Origin: a virus
Taxonomy: Duplodnaviria; Caudoviricetes
Virus record (IMG/VR): IMGVR_UViG_3300032260_000023
Span: 1-26,148 of that record
DNA: 26,148 bases
Strand: one strand, 5' to 3'
The position numbers and the translations under genes are program-made. This document shows positions 25,850-26,148 of this stretch, piece after piece. The notes below the pieces were generated by a model. The model saw only the letters and a list, made by a program, of their open reading frames with translations, was not told where the DNA came from and did no database searches. Numbering within the stretch: the first letter of the stretch is position 1; every line of letters begins with the position of its first letter.

Positions 25850-26146
25850 ACCTAGATCCTCATGCGAGGCAATCGCTATTGCAGAAGCAACAGCAAGGTG
25901 TATTCCAGCTCGGCTGCTAAGGCCATGCCTGCTCCTAACTTTCCCGCCTCCATCAACCACAAGGAGTTCTTGCTTGGCACGCTCGGCTTTTCTTAGCTCC
26001 ATCTCGGTTGCTATTTGCGCTTGTCTTTCTTCCTCCAGTGCAATTGCCTGCTCTTTGCGTTGGGCGAAAGTTCCTCGGTTTTTAGCTTGTCCCATAGTCT
26101 TATCTCGGTAGATAACAAAGTTGTTCAAAACGACGCGGAGGTCGTT
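25844..26146 (-). CDS. cassette C9 ORF, hypothetical (start uncertain: ATG at 26095 or beyond the window edge)
   Basis: Frame stays open through attC9 to the window end (...VVLNNFVIYRD); stop in R' at 25843. Confidence 0.7.
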   Translation of the reverse strand, partial: NDLRVVLNNFVIYRDKTMGQAKNRGTFAQRKEQAIALEEERQAQIATEMELRKAERAKQELLVVDGGGKVRSRHGLSSRAGIHLAVASAIAIASHEDLGR

Positions 26147-26148
26147 GG
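26110..26148 (+). repeat. attC-like site 9, left arm only (truncated by window)
   Basis: R'' AGATAAC followed by AAAGTTGTTCAA, nearly identical to the left arm of site 3. Confidence 0.75.

Larger units (their letters stand above)
1..26148. mobile_element. Caudoviricetes phage/prophage segment, podovirus-like morphogenesis module plus nin-like region
   Basis: Gene order terminase-portal-scaffold-capsid-adaptor-nozzle-ejection-tail fibre; no tape-measure or sheath gene; no host housekeeping genes. Confidence 0.97.
23431..26148 (+). mobile_element. attC cassette array 2 (CALIN-like): C3 23431-23801, C4 23802-24163, C5 24164-24517, C6 24518-24981, C7 24982-25489, C8 25490-25843, C9 25844-beyond window end
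   Basis: Seven tandem one-ORF units (354-508 bp for the complete ones) separated by attC-like imperfect palindromes. Confidence 0.9.

Noticed and set aside
23396-26111. + strand ORFs in the cassette region (23396, 23887, 24544, 24948, 25809) as the true cassette genes
   Set aside because: They lack RBSs, several cross attC boundaries, and they shadow - strand ORFs that have good SDs and stops aligned to the crossover box.
21499-26148. CRISPR array or REP/terminator repeats as the explanation for the recurring palindromes
   Set aside because: The repeats are not identical, spacers are 150-450 bp coding units, there are no U-tracts, and the cognate-end complementarity fits attC cassettes.
1-26148. 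Integron integrase or other tyrosine recombinase
   Set aside because: No ORF shows the R...HxxR...Y catalytic pattern; it may lie outside the window or in the host.
1-26148. tRNA/rRNA genes, endolysin, diversity-generating retroelement
   Set aside because: No cloverleaf or rRNA-like segment, no recognisable lysin, no reverse transcriptase or TR/VR repeat pair seen.

Overview
This window is part of a tailed dsDNA phage or prophage genome with podovirus-like (P22/T7-type short-tail) architecture. Bases ~97-21446 are one + strand late region: a sulfotransferase-like gene, accessory virion genes, TerS/TerL, portal, scaffold, major capsid, decoration protein, a DUF115/Maf-like enzyme, adaptor, nozzle, GNAT, ejection proteins and tail fibre. 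From 21499 to the end, genes run on the - strand. A lambdoid nin-like block (NinB/YbcN-like, RuvC-like, YbcO-like) is flanked by two arrays of short genes, with 2 units on the left and at least 7 on the right. The units are delimited by integron attC-like sites (NNNTAAC...TCAA/TCCAG...TTA/CTGA...GTTANNN). Each unit's right-hand R'' box is the reverse complement of its own left end (6-10 bp perfect, 11/12 in one unit), not of the neighbouring R' box, which is the signature of integron gene cassettes joined at G|TT. Unlike typical bacterial cassettes, every ORF is antisense to the attC top strand, and 8 of 9 use the TTA of the crossover box as their TAA stop. The long attC sites contain the RBS, start codon and N-terminal 16-26 codons of their ORF, including two lipoprotein signal peptides. 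No integrase is present in the window. Family assignments come from motif recognition only; no database search was run.
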